The position numbers were made by a program, and so were the translations under genes. Below, piece after piece: positions 31,606 through 32,000 of a stretch of DNA of 32,000 nt. Numbering within the stretch: the first letter of the stretch is position 1; every line of letters starts with the position of its first letter. The DNA comes from Pyrodictium occultum (GTDB lineage Archaea; Thermoproteota; Thermoprotei_A; Sulfolobales; Pyrodictiaceae): positions 1,469,249 through 1,501,248 of the forward strand of contig NZ_LNTB01000001.1 of assembly GCF_001462395.1 (NCBI RefSeq), written 5' to 3'. The notes under the pieces were generated by a model that worked only from the letters and a program-made list of their open reading frames with translations, made no database searches and was not told the origin of the DNA.

Positions 31606-32000
31606 GGGCCTCCTCGCCGGACCCCCAGTCGCGCGGAGCCGCCTCTACTATAGTATTGGCGCCCGCTAGCTCCGCCGGCCCGGGATTCCTCGGGCAAGTA
31701 ATGCATGGCCCCTCGGCTGGGGCGGGGACAAGGATTTATGTTACTGTAAATCGTTCTATGCCGCTGCCTGTAGAGGCGTCCATAGCACCCTATACAACAC
31801 GTTACATATAGGTAAATATGGGGCGGCACATGTACAGGAGCTACATAACACCACTAGCAACTAAAACACTCCAATGAGGGCCCGAATCAGCCAGCACAAA
31901 GCCGGGCAGAGGGCCGCAGGGCCCTCAACAACACGGGGGATAAGCCGACGCGAGGGCGCCCGGGAGGCCCTTCACGGGAGGGAGGAGGTGGGGGTGGGGG

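Overview
Gene-dense, high-GC window. Hand counts on sample lines give about 65-73% GC in most genes, with a few clearly AT-richer islands. It looks archaeal and probably crenarchaeal. The evidence is a LysW carrier-protein lysine/arginine cluster in the divergent lysWXJK / lysYZ layout, a tRNA with an insertion at a non-canonical position, CCA-encoding tRNAs, TATA-like boxes 20-50 nt upstream of start codons, and ATA/AGG-rich codon usage. I cannot name the species from sequence alone.

Most of the window is core metabolism, in this order:
- cobN 3' end
- hypothetical protein, ADP-ribosylglycohydrolase-like protein, small membrane protein and TauE/SafE exporter (minus strand)
- PadR regulator, small ORF and a three-Cys radical SAM enzyme
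- lysK-lysJ-lysX-lysW (minus strand) facing lysY-lysZ
- sufC-sufB-sufD (minus strand)
- tRNA-Leu(CAA)
- two hypothetical proteins
- carbamate kinase, PEBP-family protein, hypothetical protein, MoaB
- MTA/SAH-deaminase-like amidohydrolase, BioY
- two tandem eIF-2B-like (e2b2) paralogs
- hypothetical protein facing a DUF123/GIY-YIG-like protein
- myo-inositol-1-phosphate synthase
- GltD-like flavoprotein, PsiE-like membrane protein, CutA
- tRNA-Lys(CUU) with a 31-nt insertion
- small hypothetical protein, endonuclease III

I found no CRISPR array, transposase, integrase or recognisable defence system.

The items most worth a second look are:
- a 268-bp AT-rich insert flanked by a 14-bp perfect direct repeat that re-codes the sufD 3' end and carries two perfect hairpins
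- the 57-codon lysW gene, which is missing from the ORF track
- a 12-mer TATA motif shared by the tRNA-Lys promoter and an orphan hairpin upstream of the inositol-phosphate synthase gene
- tandem ATACGA-core repeats in the tauE/padR divergent region
- the PadR / small ORF / radical SAM module
- the catalytic plus apparently non-catalytic e2b2 paralog pair
- three convergent gene pairs that overlap on a shared CTAG

Many long ORFs in the track are antisense or off-frame artefacts of the high GC content, and I rejected them.
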